A stretch of 42,732 nt of DNA from Macrostomum lignano (taxonomy: Eukaryota), in NCBI GenBank assembly GCA_002269645.1, contig NIVC01004542.1, forward strand, positions 1 to 42,732, in the 5' to 3' direction. Every line of letters begins with the position of its first letter. Within the stretch, counting starts at the first letter, position 1. This document shows, piece by piece, positions 1-11,593 of the stretch. The position numbers and the translations under genes are program-made. Under the pieces are notes generated by a model. That model saw only the letters and a list, made by a program, of their open reading frames with translations, was not told where the DNA came from and did no database searches.

Positions 1-418
1 TAAATACTTAGCATTTGTTCAGTTCTAAGTGTTAGTCTTTTGTTATAATTCTATAATATAATGGCACTTTCAACTATAGAACCATTTAAAATTTGCACTT
101 TTATAATAGTATAGCAAGAATCTAGGATATTTCTCTATGGTATTAACTGGCTATAACTGCTTGAAATAGATTACTACATGAGTTTTATGATTGCAATTGG
201 ACATATTGTCTATATTTATAGTTAGTTTTAAATAGTTTATTCTGCTAAAATAGGTTTCCAATATGTAAACTGAATTTGGAGCTAATAATTGAATTGATTT
301 ATTAATTACATACTCATCATTTGGCTACCTTTCCAGTCCTGTTGCTGCACATATTTAGACAGGATATTTTGAAGTGAAATTCCTTAGGATTGATAAAAAA
401 TTGCATGCAAACAGAAAG

Positions 419-3400
419 ATGGCCATACCGCAGAGTTATTATGAGCAGCCAAGCTTTCTAGAATTCTTCCAGCGAGCTGCAATATCACTGGACGAGCTCT
501 GCTTCAAGACAGACAAACCATTCGATTTTACCTTTGTTTTGAGCATGATTCAGTCTGTGAAATTGATTGACATTTTTTCTGTGTCTGTGTTGCATTCCTG
601 TTTACTGGACTGAGGTCTCTAATGACCAGATTTGTGTCTGTGGTAAGTGATTGTTAGTTTTATGTATTGTTAACTATATTATTATTAGGATTTTCATTTT
701 TATGCAGCCAGGTTGTTCACCTGGCGCAACGCCAATGCCCACAGCCAGCGCTAGGGCGATTCTGGCCATTCCACAGACTCCTGAGCACATTCAAGCATGC
801 CAATGCTGTACGCAGGCACACTCTCATGCACACGTGCACTCTGTGTGCCTTGGGGATTTGGCCCTTAGGTGAAAATTGCACTTATAATTTTTTCGAAAAG
901 CAGAATCGAGCGTAGGGGATCGTAGTTCTGTGTCCAAATTTGTTATATGAAATTATAATTATTATTGAAATCCTATGTATTTTAACTTGCAACTACAGCC
1001 ATTAGCCAATGCACTTCAAGTGGCGGCTGAGCATAGACCGAAGTGGCCCGAGTCTGTTTGGAAACTGCTCATTTACTCTGGCCTATGGCTGCAGTCTCTC
1101 TACGTTGTGGTGCTCTGTGGAAAGTACGACGTTTTGCAGAATCCGTTGGATATTTTTAAAGACTGTGTATTTGGGGGTAAGTGTGCGAACCTCTGTGCAA
1201 TCTGAGAAATTTATGATTTGATAAAATTTATATCCTTTTTTCTGGCCAGATGCCCAGCTGAAGCAGGCTGTGCCAAGCGACATCTATTGGATGTACATGC
1301 TGCAGCTTGGCTTCTATGTGCACTCTATTATTGGCACATTGTACATGGATATGTGGCGCAAGGACTCTGTTATGATGCTGCTGCATCACGGGCTTACCAT
1401 CTTTCTACTGGAGTTTTCTTTTCTAGTTAGGTGAATGAACTATTATTTGCTTCAGGAGCTGTGTCATTGGGTTATTGTGTCAATAGGTAGAGTTTGCAGG
1501 GATGAGGTGCGTGTCGAGAGCGCCAGTGAAATGACTGGCCTCTGGAGGATTGGGGTACGTAGACAGGGAGGAAGGTGGGCATTGAGAGGGGCAGGAAGTG
1601 GGGTGAGATGTTGAGAGGGGCAGGAAGTGGGGTGAGATGTTAAGAGGGGCAGGGAGTGAGATGGGGTGTTGAGAGGGGCAGGGAGTGAGATGGGGTGTTG
1701 AGAGGGGCAGGGAGTGAGATAGGGTGTTTAGAGGGGCAGGGAGTGAGATGGGGTGTTGAGAGGAGCAGGGAGTGAGGTGTGGTGTTAATGCTTGGGCGCA
1801 ACCTTGGGATTCACTCGGCCGTTTCTATTGGCAACACACACGTGTGTCGCTATTGGACAGAATAGTAGTCACGTGACTGCTCTCAGCCAATAGCGACTTA
1901 CATGTGTGTGCTGCCAATAGAAACGGCGAGTGAATCCAAGGTTGCGCATGTATGGGTGTTAAGAGAGGTAGGGGTGAGGTGGGCTGTTGAGAGGGGCAGG
2001 GAGTGAGGTGGGTTGTTTAGAGGGGCAGGGAGTGACGTGAAGTGTTTAGAGGGGCAGGGAGTGAGGTGGGGTGTTGAGAAAGGCGGGGAGTGAGGTGGGG
2101 TGTTGAGAAACGCAGGGAGTGAGGTGGGGTGTTGAGAAAGGCGGGGAGTGAGGTGGGGTGTTGAGAAAGGCAGGGAGTGAGGTGGGGTGTTGAGAAAGGC
2201 AGGGAGTGAGGTGGGGTGTTGAGAAAGGCAGGGAGTGAGGTGGGGTGTTGAGAGGGGCAGGGAGTGAGGTGAGGTGTAAATTAAATCAGTGCGGTAAAGA
2301 GGAGCGGGACAACAAATATATATATATACAGCCATTTATTCCTGTTTCAAATTATCAATAATGAATCAGGTACCACAAAATCGGCGCACTCGTACTGCTG
2401 CTGCACGACCTAAGCGACATCCTGCTGGAGTTCACTAAAGTGCAAGTGTACTTAAAAGATCGGGCCAAGCAGCAGTGGCAGCTGAACGAATGGATGGCTA
2501 ATATTGGATTTGTCATTTTCAGCATCAGCTGGTTAGCAAATTCTGTTCATATTGATTGTTTACTAGAACTGTATCTATTGATTATTTCTACTTTTGTATT
2601 ATTTTTCACCTGACAACAATTTAGGGCCTGGTTCCGACTCTACTGGTACCCGTTGAAGGTGCTGTACACCAGCACGTGGGGCATCTACATTCATCACAGG
2701 CATAACGATCACAAACTGGTGCTTTTCTTTAACTGCATGCTGATTGCGCTGCAGGTGCTTCACATCTACTGGTTTTATGTGAGTGTCTGCTTTTTTATCC
2801 CTGTCTGAGGAGAATCTTATCCCAGTCTAAGGAGAATCTTATCCCAGTCTGAGGAGAATCTTATCCCAGTCTGAGGAGAATCTTATCCCTGTCTGAGGAG
2901 AATCTTATCCCAGTCTGAGGAGAATCTTATCCAAGTCTAAGGAGAATCTCATCCCAGTCTGAGGAGAATCTTATCCCAGCCTGAGGAGAATCTTATCCCA
3001 GCCTGAGGAGAATCTCATCCAAGTCTGAGGAGAATCTTATCTCAGTCTGAGGAGAATCTTATCCCAGTCTAGGGAGAATCTTATCCCAGCCCGAGGAAAA
3101 TCTTATCTCAGTCTGAGGAGAATCTTATCCCAGCCTGAGGAGAATCTCATCCCAGTCTGAGGAGAATCTCATCCCAGTCTAGGGAGAATCTAATCCCAGT
3201 CTGAGGAGAATCTTATCTCAGTCTGAGGAGAATCTTATCCCAGTCTAGGGAGAATCTTATCCCAGCCCGAGGAAAATCTTATCTCAGTCTGAGGAGAATC
3301 TTATCCCAGCCTGAGGAGAATCTCATCCCAGTCTGAGGAGAATCTCATCCCAGTCTAGGGAGAATCTAATCCCAGTCTGAGGAGAATCTTATCTCAGTCT

Positions 3401-4646
3401 GAGGAGAATCTTATCCCAGTCTGGGGAGAATCTTATCCCAGCCTGAGGAGAATCTCATCCCAGTCTGAGGAGAATCTTATCTCAGTCTGAGGAGAATCTC
3501 ATCCCAGTCTGAGGAGAATCTCATCCCAGTCTAGGGAGAATCTAATCCCAGCCTGAGGAGAATCTCATCCCAGTCTGAGGAGAATCTTATCCCAGTCTAG
3601 GGAGAATCTAATCCCAGCCTGAGGAGAATCTCATCCCAGTCTGAGGAGAATCTCATCCCAGTCTAGGGAGAATCTAATCCCAGTCTGAGGAGAATCTTAT
3701 CTCAGTCTGAGGAGAATCTTATCCCAGTCTAGGGAGAATCTTATCCCAGCCCGAGGAAAATCTTATCTCAGTCTGAGGAGAATCTTATCCCAGCCTGAGG
3801 AGAATCTCATCCCAGTCTGAGGAGAATCTCATCCAGTCTAGGGAGAATCTAATCCCAGTCTGAGGAGAATCTTATCTCAGTCTGAGGAGAATCTTATCCC
3901 AGTCTGGGAGAATCTTATCCCAGCCTGAGGAGAATCTCATCCCAGTCTGAGGAGAATCTTATCTCAGTCTGAGGAGAATCTCATCCCAGTCTGAGGAGAA
4001 TCTCATCCCAGTCTAGAGGAGAATCTAATCCCAGCCTGAGGAGAATCTCATCCCAGTCTGAGGAGAATCTTATCCCAGTCTAGGGAGAATCTAATCCCAG
4101 CCTGAGGAGAATCTCATCCCAGTCTGAGGAGAATCTTATCTCAGTCTGAGGAGAATCTTATCCCAGCCTGAGGAGAATCTTATCTCAGTCTGAGGAGAAT
4201 CTTATCCAGCCTGAGGAGAATCTCATCCCAGTCTGAGGAGAATCTTATCCCAGTCTAGGGAAAATCTTATCCCAGCCTGAGGAGAATCTTATCCAGTCTG
4301 AGGAGAATCTCATCCCAGTCTGAGGAGAATCTTATCTCAGTCTGAGGAGAATCTCATCCCAGTCTAGGGAGAATCTTATCCCAACCTGAGGAAATCTTAT
4401 CCCAGTCTGAGGAGAATCTTATCCCAGCCTGAGGAGAATCTTATCCCAGTCTAGGAGAATCTTATCCCAGTCTGAGGAAAATCTTATCTCAGTCTGAGGA
4501 CAAAATCCTTGAAACCTTGGTTGCAGTTCATCATTCTGCTGCTGATTCGAGTAGCCACAGGTCGCCAGAGCGAGATTGAGGACACTCGGGAATTTGAGGA
4601 GGAAACAACAAAGAACGCCAATAATGGCCGTCCGCATGATGATTGA
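419..4646 (+). CDS. CERS1: Ceramide synthase 1 (TLC/Lag1p domain), 6 exons: 419-642, 999-1176, 1250-1430, 2370-2531, 2625-2778, 4527-4646
   Basis: Manual translation gives KWPESVWKLLIY, MDMWRKDSVMMLLHH, LHDLSDILLEFTK (Lag1p motif), WFRLYWYPLKVLY and IEDTREFE, matching the CERS1/LASS1 subfamily. All introns are GT-AG with compatible phases. Exon 1 needs one extra T in the T-run at about 573-578 to read DIFFCVCVAFLFTGLRSLMTRFVSV; the corrected protein is 339 aa. Confidence 0.9.
1582..1786 (+). repeat. G-rich ~29-bp minisatellite, left block, in CERS1 intron 3
   Basis: About 7 copies of GAGAGGGGCAGGGAGTGAGATGGGGTGTT and variants. Confidence 0.9.
1796..1947. repeat. ~150-bp imperfect palindrome (fold-back or MITE-like)
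   Basis: Arm 1796-1872 (GCGCAACCTTGGGATTCACTCGGCCGTTTCTATTGGCA...) is the reverse complement of arm 1873-1947 (...TGCCAATAGAAACGGCGAGTGAATCCAAGGTTGCGC). The centre is GTCAC|GTGAC with no loop. Confidence 0.9.
1955..2276 (+). repeat. G-rich ~29-bp minisatellite, right block, in CERS1 intron 3
   Basis: About 11 copies of GAGA(A/G)(A/G)GGCAGGGAGTGAGGTGGGGTGTT. Confidence 0.9.
2797..4500 (+). repeat. 22-bp minisatellite (~77 copies) filling CERS1 intron 5
   Basis: Unit CCCAGTCTGAGGAGAATCTTAT, with variant units arranged in higher-order blocks. Confidence 0.97.
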
Positions 4647-6672
4647 TTTTTTAATGTTGTTTACGTGCTGTTAAATTGGCTTTTAAATAATTACATAAGC
4701 TATTTGTATTTGCATAGCTCCTTAATGAGTAGCAAGCATCTTGTCGAGTATGATTTGTTGATTTATAAATTGATATTGTAATTGATTAATTTTAACTTTA
4801 TTAGCTAGCGTGACTGACATTATTATTCATTAAAAGTTTTCTTGCCAAAGCAAATGAAGTGACATTAAATTTTTGTATTTTTAATCGTATTAAATTTTTG
4901 TATTTTTAATCGTATAATTCATATTCATTATACGAGTATATAGTTTTACTTGATAAAACCCAACTCTATGCATATTGGCTTGGCTAAGTACTTTGCTATC
5001 CAACCCACCTCATTCCCTGCCCCACACAGCCAGTCCGCACACTTAGGCGTATTGCCTTAGCTATGTACTTTGTTCTATTTTTAGACTTTGCCGTCGCTCT
5101 TGTGACTTTCTAACCCCGGCGGGCCTTAACTTCACAACCCCGCCTGGCCCATCGACGTTATCTACAAAGCTTTAGACGCAGCAAAGTACATAGTGTCTAT
5201 TTTTGACTTGTACGTCTTACGGGAATGTACATTCATTCTATTAATAGATTATTGTTGTTATTGCCCCCCAAACCGTCCTTATATTAGAAAAAATCCGTTC
5301 TTTAGCCAAGGCGTTATAGTCTAACTACGCTCGTCATGTTTTTAAGTCGATATTTTCTCTCAAAGATTTTAGTATGCAATATCTATTGCTAATGCCGAGA
5401 TATTTTAAAATATTTTTTCTCAGAGAAGTCAACAATATTCTGGAATTTAGCTCGTAGTTACTGCATTCCTAATTATCTTATTATGAAGCACTTTTTGAAA
5501 AAGAATTATTAATTACATTGATAATTCCTAAGTATTTCAATATTTTATTTTTTTAACCTGAAAATTATAGACCTAATTCTGTATTACGATAATTAGACAC
5601 TATTTAGCACCTTCAACATTTCCCCAGGTACCAAATAAGCATCCCTTCTTTCGTATTATTTCCTTAATATCTGCTCTTTTTGATTAATTAATGCTTTCAA
5701 ATTGCCGCCATTCTGACGCTACAATGCAGCAAGCACTTCCACATTGGACACAATTTATTGCAATTTTTGTTGTTGATTTGTTGTGCTAATTTTTTTAGTG
5801 ATTTGTCGTAATTTCTTTTACGGTTATATTTCTATCGTCCTGTTATAGTCGTCGTTTTTATTCATTTTCTACACTTTGATTTGCAATGTTTTAAAGTGTC
5901 CTAAAAGCTTTTACAATTCTTGGCCTCTGTTTTAGTACGGATTAGTTAGTTTATGTGATTTCAAAAATCAAGTGCAATATTAAATATTTTTCAGGATGCA
6001 CCTGACAATGCTCTGCTTACATTTTCTTTTCGTTGTAGTACATTTTTATGTACAGTATTGATAACTTCTGTACCCTTTTAAGCTATCTTTTTAAGTTACT
6101 GTTTTGATTCTGTGTCTGACCACAATCTAGTTATTTTTTCTTAAGTTTGTGCCTTCCATTTCTTAACTTCTACTATTACTTTTAAAGTCATTATTTGTAT
6201 TGGCGCGTGCAGCAGCGGGTGTTGATAAAACTCCTATTGGCTTGATTGCCAACCAAGCTTGATCGGCGCACCCAATATTGATTATCATGACACGGCAAAG
6301 TATTTTAATTCTGTTGATCTTTGCTGGAACCGTATTTTTCTTTAAATTTTCATATAGTTCACTTTCCATGCACAGGTACTCAGTTCTGAATGATAACAGA
6401 GCTTCTGTGTCCCTTGGAGATCCAATTTCCAGCTGGCATATCTGGGGCTCAAAATTCTGTTTTCAGATTTCCACTACAAAGCACTGTAGCTTAGGCTCTG
6501 TTAGCAAAAATTCGGTCAATCAACCAATCACGATTTTAAAAAGTGTAATCATGAACAACTGAAGTAGGACCGCTACTCCAACTTCTAGCATAGGCATCCT
6601 TGGTTGCTTTGGAGAAGTCGGATTTTCATGAACTAATTTGTCTATGGCACTTAGTGCACTAGTTGTACGACA

Positions 6673-6950
6673 CAGGGCCTGTCAACTGAAGTTCATAAAG
6701 TGGAGCCCGAGCACAGATTCTATAAACTGTGAGCCCGAGTAACCTATGTACACAAATGACGCGTCATTCTGGTCACAGTGACACCAGGAGCTGGATTTGG
6801 GAAAAAAATTACAAAAATTGAACCTGGGATAGGAGAGAACAAGCAAGAGAATAATTAGGGACTATTATGTAAGCTTAAGCTCAAGGTGGAGTCCCTAATT
6901 GTCCCCTCATTGAGCAGAATGACTCATCAATGAGCTTAAGTTGACAGGTT
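6673..6950. mobile_element. Possible degenerate MITE
   Basis: Inverted repeat CCTGTCAACTGAAGTTCAT (6678-6696) versus ATGAGCTTAAGTTGACAGG (6930-6948), 2 mismatches. No TSD found. Confidence 0.35.
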
Positions 6951-7582
6951 GTAAATAAGATCCAATTTGCTTGAGAGCTGGACGACAAGCTGGTGAGAAC
7001 TTATCCTTCCTCAAACTGAGTCCATTTCTGTCGGAATCCACCATAGCATTTCAACATTAGCTATTTGCATTGCGAGGGGCTGCTCGCCTATCCCTATTGC
7101 TACTAGAAATGAAATAAGCATCGATGCTATCCTGTGTGGATATAATTAATCAATTTGGAATTGTCCTCCACGATCGCGGCCACTCCAGCTTGCTTTGCCT
7201 AAACCTGTGAGGGCCCCATCTCATTCGAGAGCTGCATTATATTTACCCTCCGGGCGCTGCTGCTCTACAAGCTGTATCGTGCAGTGAGCTCGCATTTCAC
7301 GTGTCGCGTGCCTGGAGGCAGAGAGATGCTTCTCCATTGTTATCCATTGCTTTGCATTTGCCTTACTTGCAAGCCATTATGCTTGGTAGATAAATTGCGC
7401 ACAATGGAATAATAGATGTGGGTTGTGTTGGACATAGCTAGTCTAGCTGGATGCACGGTGCGAACAGTAATTCTACGATACTTATTTTACCGAGCGCGGG
7501 ACCGATCTCATCTAAGTTGAAAGAACCTCGAATCTCCCTAAGAGCTGTCAAGCAGCAGTTACTAGTGGGACACGCAGTCAAA

Positions 7583-9474
7583 ATGCCAGCAAAATCAGCC
7601 GAGACAGTCGCCGAAGATGCTGTGAAGCGAATTCTGAGCTCGGAACACGCCCGGCTACTGTCTCTGAACTCAAAATCTTCCTCCGCTGCGTCCGATGTGG
7701 CCGCCGAGATTCGACGCCGCAGTCGAGGCCGTGGGCGTTGTTTGGCCACGGTGGGGGCCAAGGCGGTCCTGCTGTACCTGCTGGCCAGCGTGTGCAGCAC
7801 CCTACTGTTCGGCCAGTATCCGGCTCTGTGGCAGTTCCTGCAAAACACCGACGCCTTCTCTCGGGCGGAGCTGCAGGTGAACCACCTGATGCGCAGGATC
7901 ACTGTCTCCCTGGGCCTGCACAGCTACGACCTGCTGCACGCCAGGGAGCGGGAGCAGTGCCTGTTGCCGAATCCGCTGCACAAGCGCCGGCTGCGCTGCT
8001 GTCCGTGCAATAACCATCGGGTGGTGACCGCCAAGACCGCCCAGTCCATCCGAAGCCGCTTCAATAAGCTGTTCGACCGCATGGTGAACCCGTTCGCCTA
8101 CTCCAACAATAGCCAGTCGGACTTGAACTTTCAGCAGTTGAAAGCCATCGTTGAGAGCGACTGGCAGGCGGTGAATTCTGGATCGAATCGGTTGAGACTT
8201 CTGTGGCCAGCGGCTGCTGTGGCGGCCGGCGAGCCAGTCAGTTTGGAGCAAATCTTCCTTGGTGTAAGAAAACGTTTGACGACTTTGCTATAAGTTCTGA
8301 TCGGACTTTGAACTCATAGCTCGCGCTGCTAAGGAACACTTTAGGCTGCTCCACCTGAAACAGACATTTCTGCCAGTTGCTCCGCGGGTCGGATATTGTT
8401 CAAATCAATGTATATTTGGTTCAGAACCCGTTTTAAAACTAATTCGAACAATCTTTGACCCGTGTATAGCTACTGTCAGTAATGTGTATACGAGCTATCT
8501 TTATGTAAGCCTCCGCGCCTTCCAAATTCGACATTGATCCCTTGAAAACTGTAACGCTTTTGTTTTCGTTGTTCTATTTGATGATCTGCTCTGGAAGTTA
8601 AAATTCTACAACTAGATAACGGATTATTCAGGAAAAATACTGAACTTTTCAAATAGCGCGGGTTCAATTCCAAATTCGATTTGAAATTAGCTCGCGACAT
8701 TTTTCGTGCAATTCACGCCCAGCAGGCCCCAACCTCCAAAGCAGAATATGTACTTGTACACGGGTTGTTGATGAAGTCGGGGCCGCTGTACGTGTACACA
8801 CCCTGCTGGAGGATATTACTGCAGAAGTATCCGTAGGAGTCTGAGAGCTCTGGGGCCAGAGGAATGGGCCTGGCTGCTTGCTCCGGTGATTAATTGCTTG
8901 TTTTAATCGAGTGATTAAGACGTGGTTTAACTGGGTATTTTCGCCGACTTAAATTATATATTCTGATTTATTCTAAATGACTCTTTTTCCACTTTGACCT
9001 GACCAGTCTAACACGGCTCCGCCTCCTGGCCGAGCCATCGCGTGGCTTTTCGGCCACCTGCCGGCCATCCGGCTGCTGCGAGATACCGTCCGCCGGCCGG
9101 ACCACGTGCCCGAGCTCACCGAAGACGTGTTCGCTCGCCAGTTCATCTTTCTAGGCGACGGCTTGCCCGCTGGCGAGAGCGTCCATCTGGGCGACTTAGA
9201 GAGCATCCGCGGCCTGGCCTTCGCCTTCTCGCTGCACGGCGAGGTGTCCATTAGCCTGGCCCTGAAGCCGGAGTGCTGCCCGGCTGAGGTGTCCAAGCCG
9301 GACTACCGCAACCAGACCCGGCGTCTCGGCTCCGGTGATGTGCTGGGCTTCATGTCCAACTGCTACTGGTTTAGTCTGGCCAAGCAGTCCACGTCGGGTT
9401 ACGCCATCGTGTATTTCGGTTCCGTTTACAACGGCATTCACCCCATTGAGAGCAAGGTGGCTACAAAAAAGTGA
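7583..9474 (+). CDS. Single-pass (type II-like) membrane protein, tentatively C6orf89/BRAP-like; exons 7583-8170 and 9007-9474
   Basis: Two GC-rich open frames join in phase 0 (GCG|GTGAAT ... GACCAG|TCT) to give 351 aa. There is a hydrophobic segment (AVLLYLLASVCSTLLF) after a basic stretch, then CLLPNP...CCPCN and a C-terminal LGSGDVLGFMSNCYW segment. The family resemblance is from memory and weak; the gene model itself is better supported. Confidence 0.6.
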
Positions 9475-10987
9475 TAGTTTTGGTGTATTTGCTCTTCAAC
9501 GATTGACTGCGAGAAAACTATTGTCACGTTATTGGCGTAGAGGTTATGACCCTTAAAAGGGCCGTTTGACGAGAATTGTCGTAGGTTGTTGTAGTCCCAA
9601 AATGACTCAAAGCCAATTCTAGCAAAGCGGATTGTGTAGCGGAGCACTTGGCGTATAAGGGCAGGAAACTGCCGTAGCTAATTTATTGTCGAGATCAATA
9701 TTAGACTGGTCAATATCAATACAAAACTTATAGTGTTCTGGGCACTGTCGGCTGCAACAATGGTTTTGAAGTGATTAGAATATGAAGTCGAGTAGCAGGC
9801 GAAGGATACAATGGCGACGCAACGTAGTGAGTGATGTCGATGAGCACAGTGGAGGCAGTGAGTAGTAAGTAGACAGGCAGATAAGTAGCGATGAGAGTGG
9901 CGTTAGCCGTGGCAGTACACAGTGGAGTACAGAGTGTGAACAGGCTGGCCCATACAGAGGAGCTGTGGCGTGAGATAAGGAGGCTCGAGGCAGCCAGGAG
10001 AGAGAAGGAAAACGAGACGAAAACACAAGGGCCGCAAGAGAAGACCCCCCAGGCCGCCGCCAGGCGGGGGTTAATAAAGGGGCGCAGAAGGGTTAGCATA
10101 AAACACGGAGAGTTTTCATTGGCTGGCGAGAGAACTTGAAATTATCGATCGTGCTAAAATTTACAGACGAACGCAAGGCCTACCAAATACACAGTGAATT
10201 AGCCATTGATACAGATTATTTGCACGCTACTACAAGTAAACGTTAAAATAAACTATTGGAGAAATTAAAATGAGAAATTGCAAGGGAAACTACAGTCCAA
10301 CGGCCCTTTTGCGGGACCACTTATACTAGCAACGTCACTATCCTCGGTCAAAAGTTAAATCCTTGCTATACTCACACTGTAATGTTTTATTTATTGCTTT
10401 CAAGGAAAATATCCACCCAGCGAACTTATATAAACAAAAAACATCTCGATCCCTTATACTTAACATTTACTTCAAATTATACATAATTATGTATCAATCG
10501 GCTATCACTTGATTATACTATAGGTAGAGAATCAAGTTACTCAATGTGAATGTATGAGCAGGATTTTACGTACTTGATCGCTTTCAGTGAAAGTACATAA
10601 TTATGATAAATTGTGTATAATGATTTAGGGGGTAGACAATGATGATTTTTGAGTGCACATGTGATGTACAGCGTGAGACAACGAAATTGACGAAAGAATG
10701 GCATTTCAAGTTTGAATGCAGTGGAACCCAACCATGAACAAAATATAACTATCTGATCCAACTGTTACATGCTACATGTGCTGCAGAGCTTGATGTGCAG
10801 CAGTTAATGCGAGAGCCAAATGCTTCATTTTTTCATCAATACAGTTCCCTTCCAACTCGGGAAAAGTAACTCGGGGCAGTAATGTAAAATTGAAAATTTA
10901 GCTGCAATGTAAGCCTCGCAATTATAATATACAAAAATATTAAAATTTGCTATTTGCAATTCTTAGTGGGCTTTAACTAATGGAAGC

Positions 10988-11241
10988 TGTTAAAGAAATA
11001 ATCAAGTCTAATAAATCTGAGGGTTACACTTTAAAAAAAACGGGTAAATGAGCCCTGTGGCTAAATTATTGCTTATATATTAAATTAAATCGATGTTCTC
11101 TCTCTCCAACTCTCTGACTCAACAACGCCTCACGCACATCAACCCCACCCCAACACACTCTGAGACGGGGACCGCCAAGTGTACACTGGCGACGCTACAC
11201 ATAGCAGAGGGTCGGTACGCAGGCACTCCAAATCCAATACA
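10988..11241 (-). repeat. 3' LTR (254 bp) of the BEL/Pao element
   Basis: Direct repeat of 17091-17311. Adjacent to the short purine tract TAGGGGGAG (11242-11250, minus strand). Confidence 0.95.
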
Positions 11242-11593
11242 CTCCCCCTAATGATGCTTCATCATTACAGTACTTAACATTGTTATTTGAAAAAGAAACT
11301 CGCCATTAACTTAAATGAAATTAAACGAAATGAATAGCAAAAAACAAACGAACAACAAAAAACGCTCCAACATTACAACAGACTTGATGACTAAAAATGT
11401 GACACACCATCACCAGAGTACTGAGTTAACGAAAAAGTAGGAACAAAGGGAAAACGAAACTCAAAAAAAATCCAATCAGCGCTAAGGAGCTCAAAAGGTA
11501 AGATTGAAAGGGAGTGAAAATTACTGCGAACTAAAACTAAACAGAAACTCGAAACAACGATTAGAACAGTCATTGAAAGTCAGTTACTTAAGT

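Noticed and set aside
6163-6665. Minus-strand frame of about 170 codons broken by two TGA stops, plus a plus-strand 94-aa ORF with a hydrophobic N-terminus
   Set aside because: AT-rich, no codon bias, no recognisable motif and no convincing splice sites. Reading TGA as Trp or Sec has no other support.
9728-10139. Purine-skewed segment with ORFs on both strands
   Set aside because: No domain similarity or terminal repeats recognised. It may be the UTR of a decayed retroelement, but I cannot support a call.
11242-11593. Possible env-like ORF between the integrase and the 3' LTR
   Set aside because: Only about 350 bp, A-rich, with no credible ORF.
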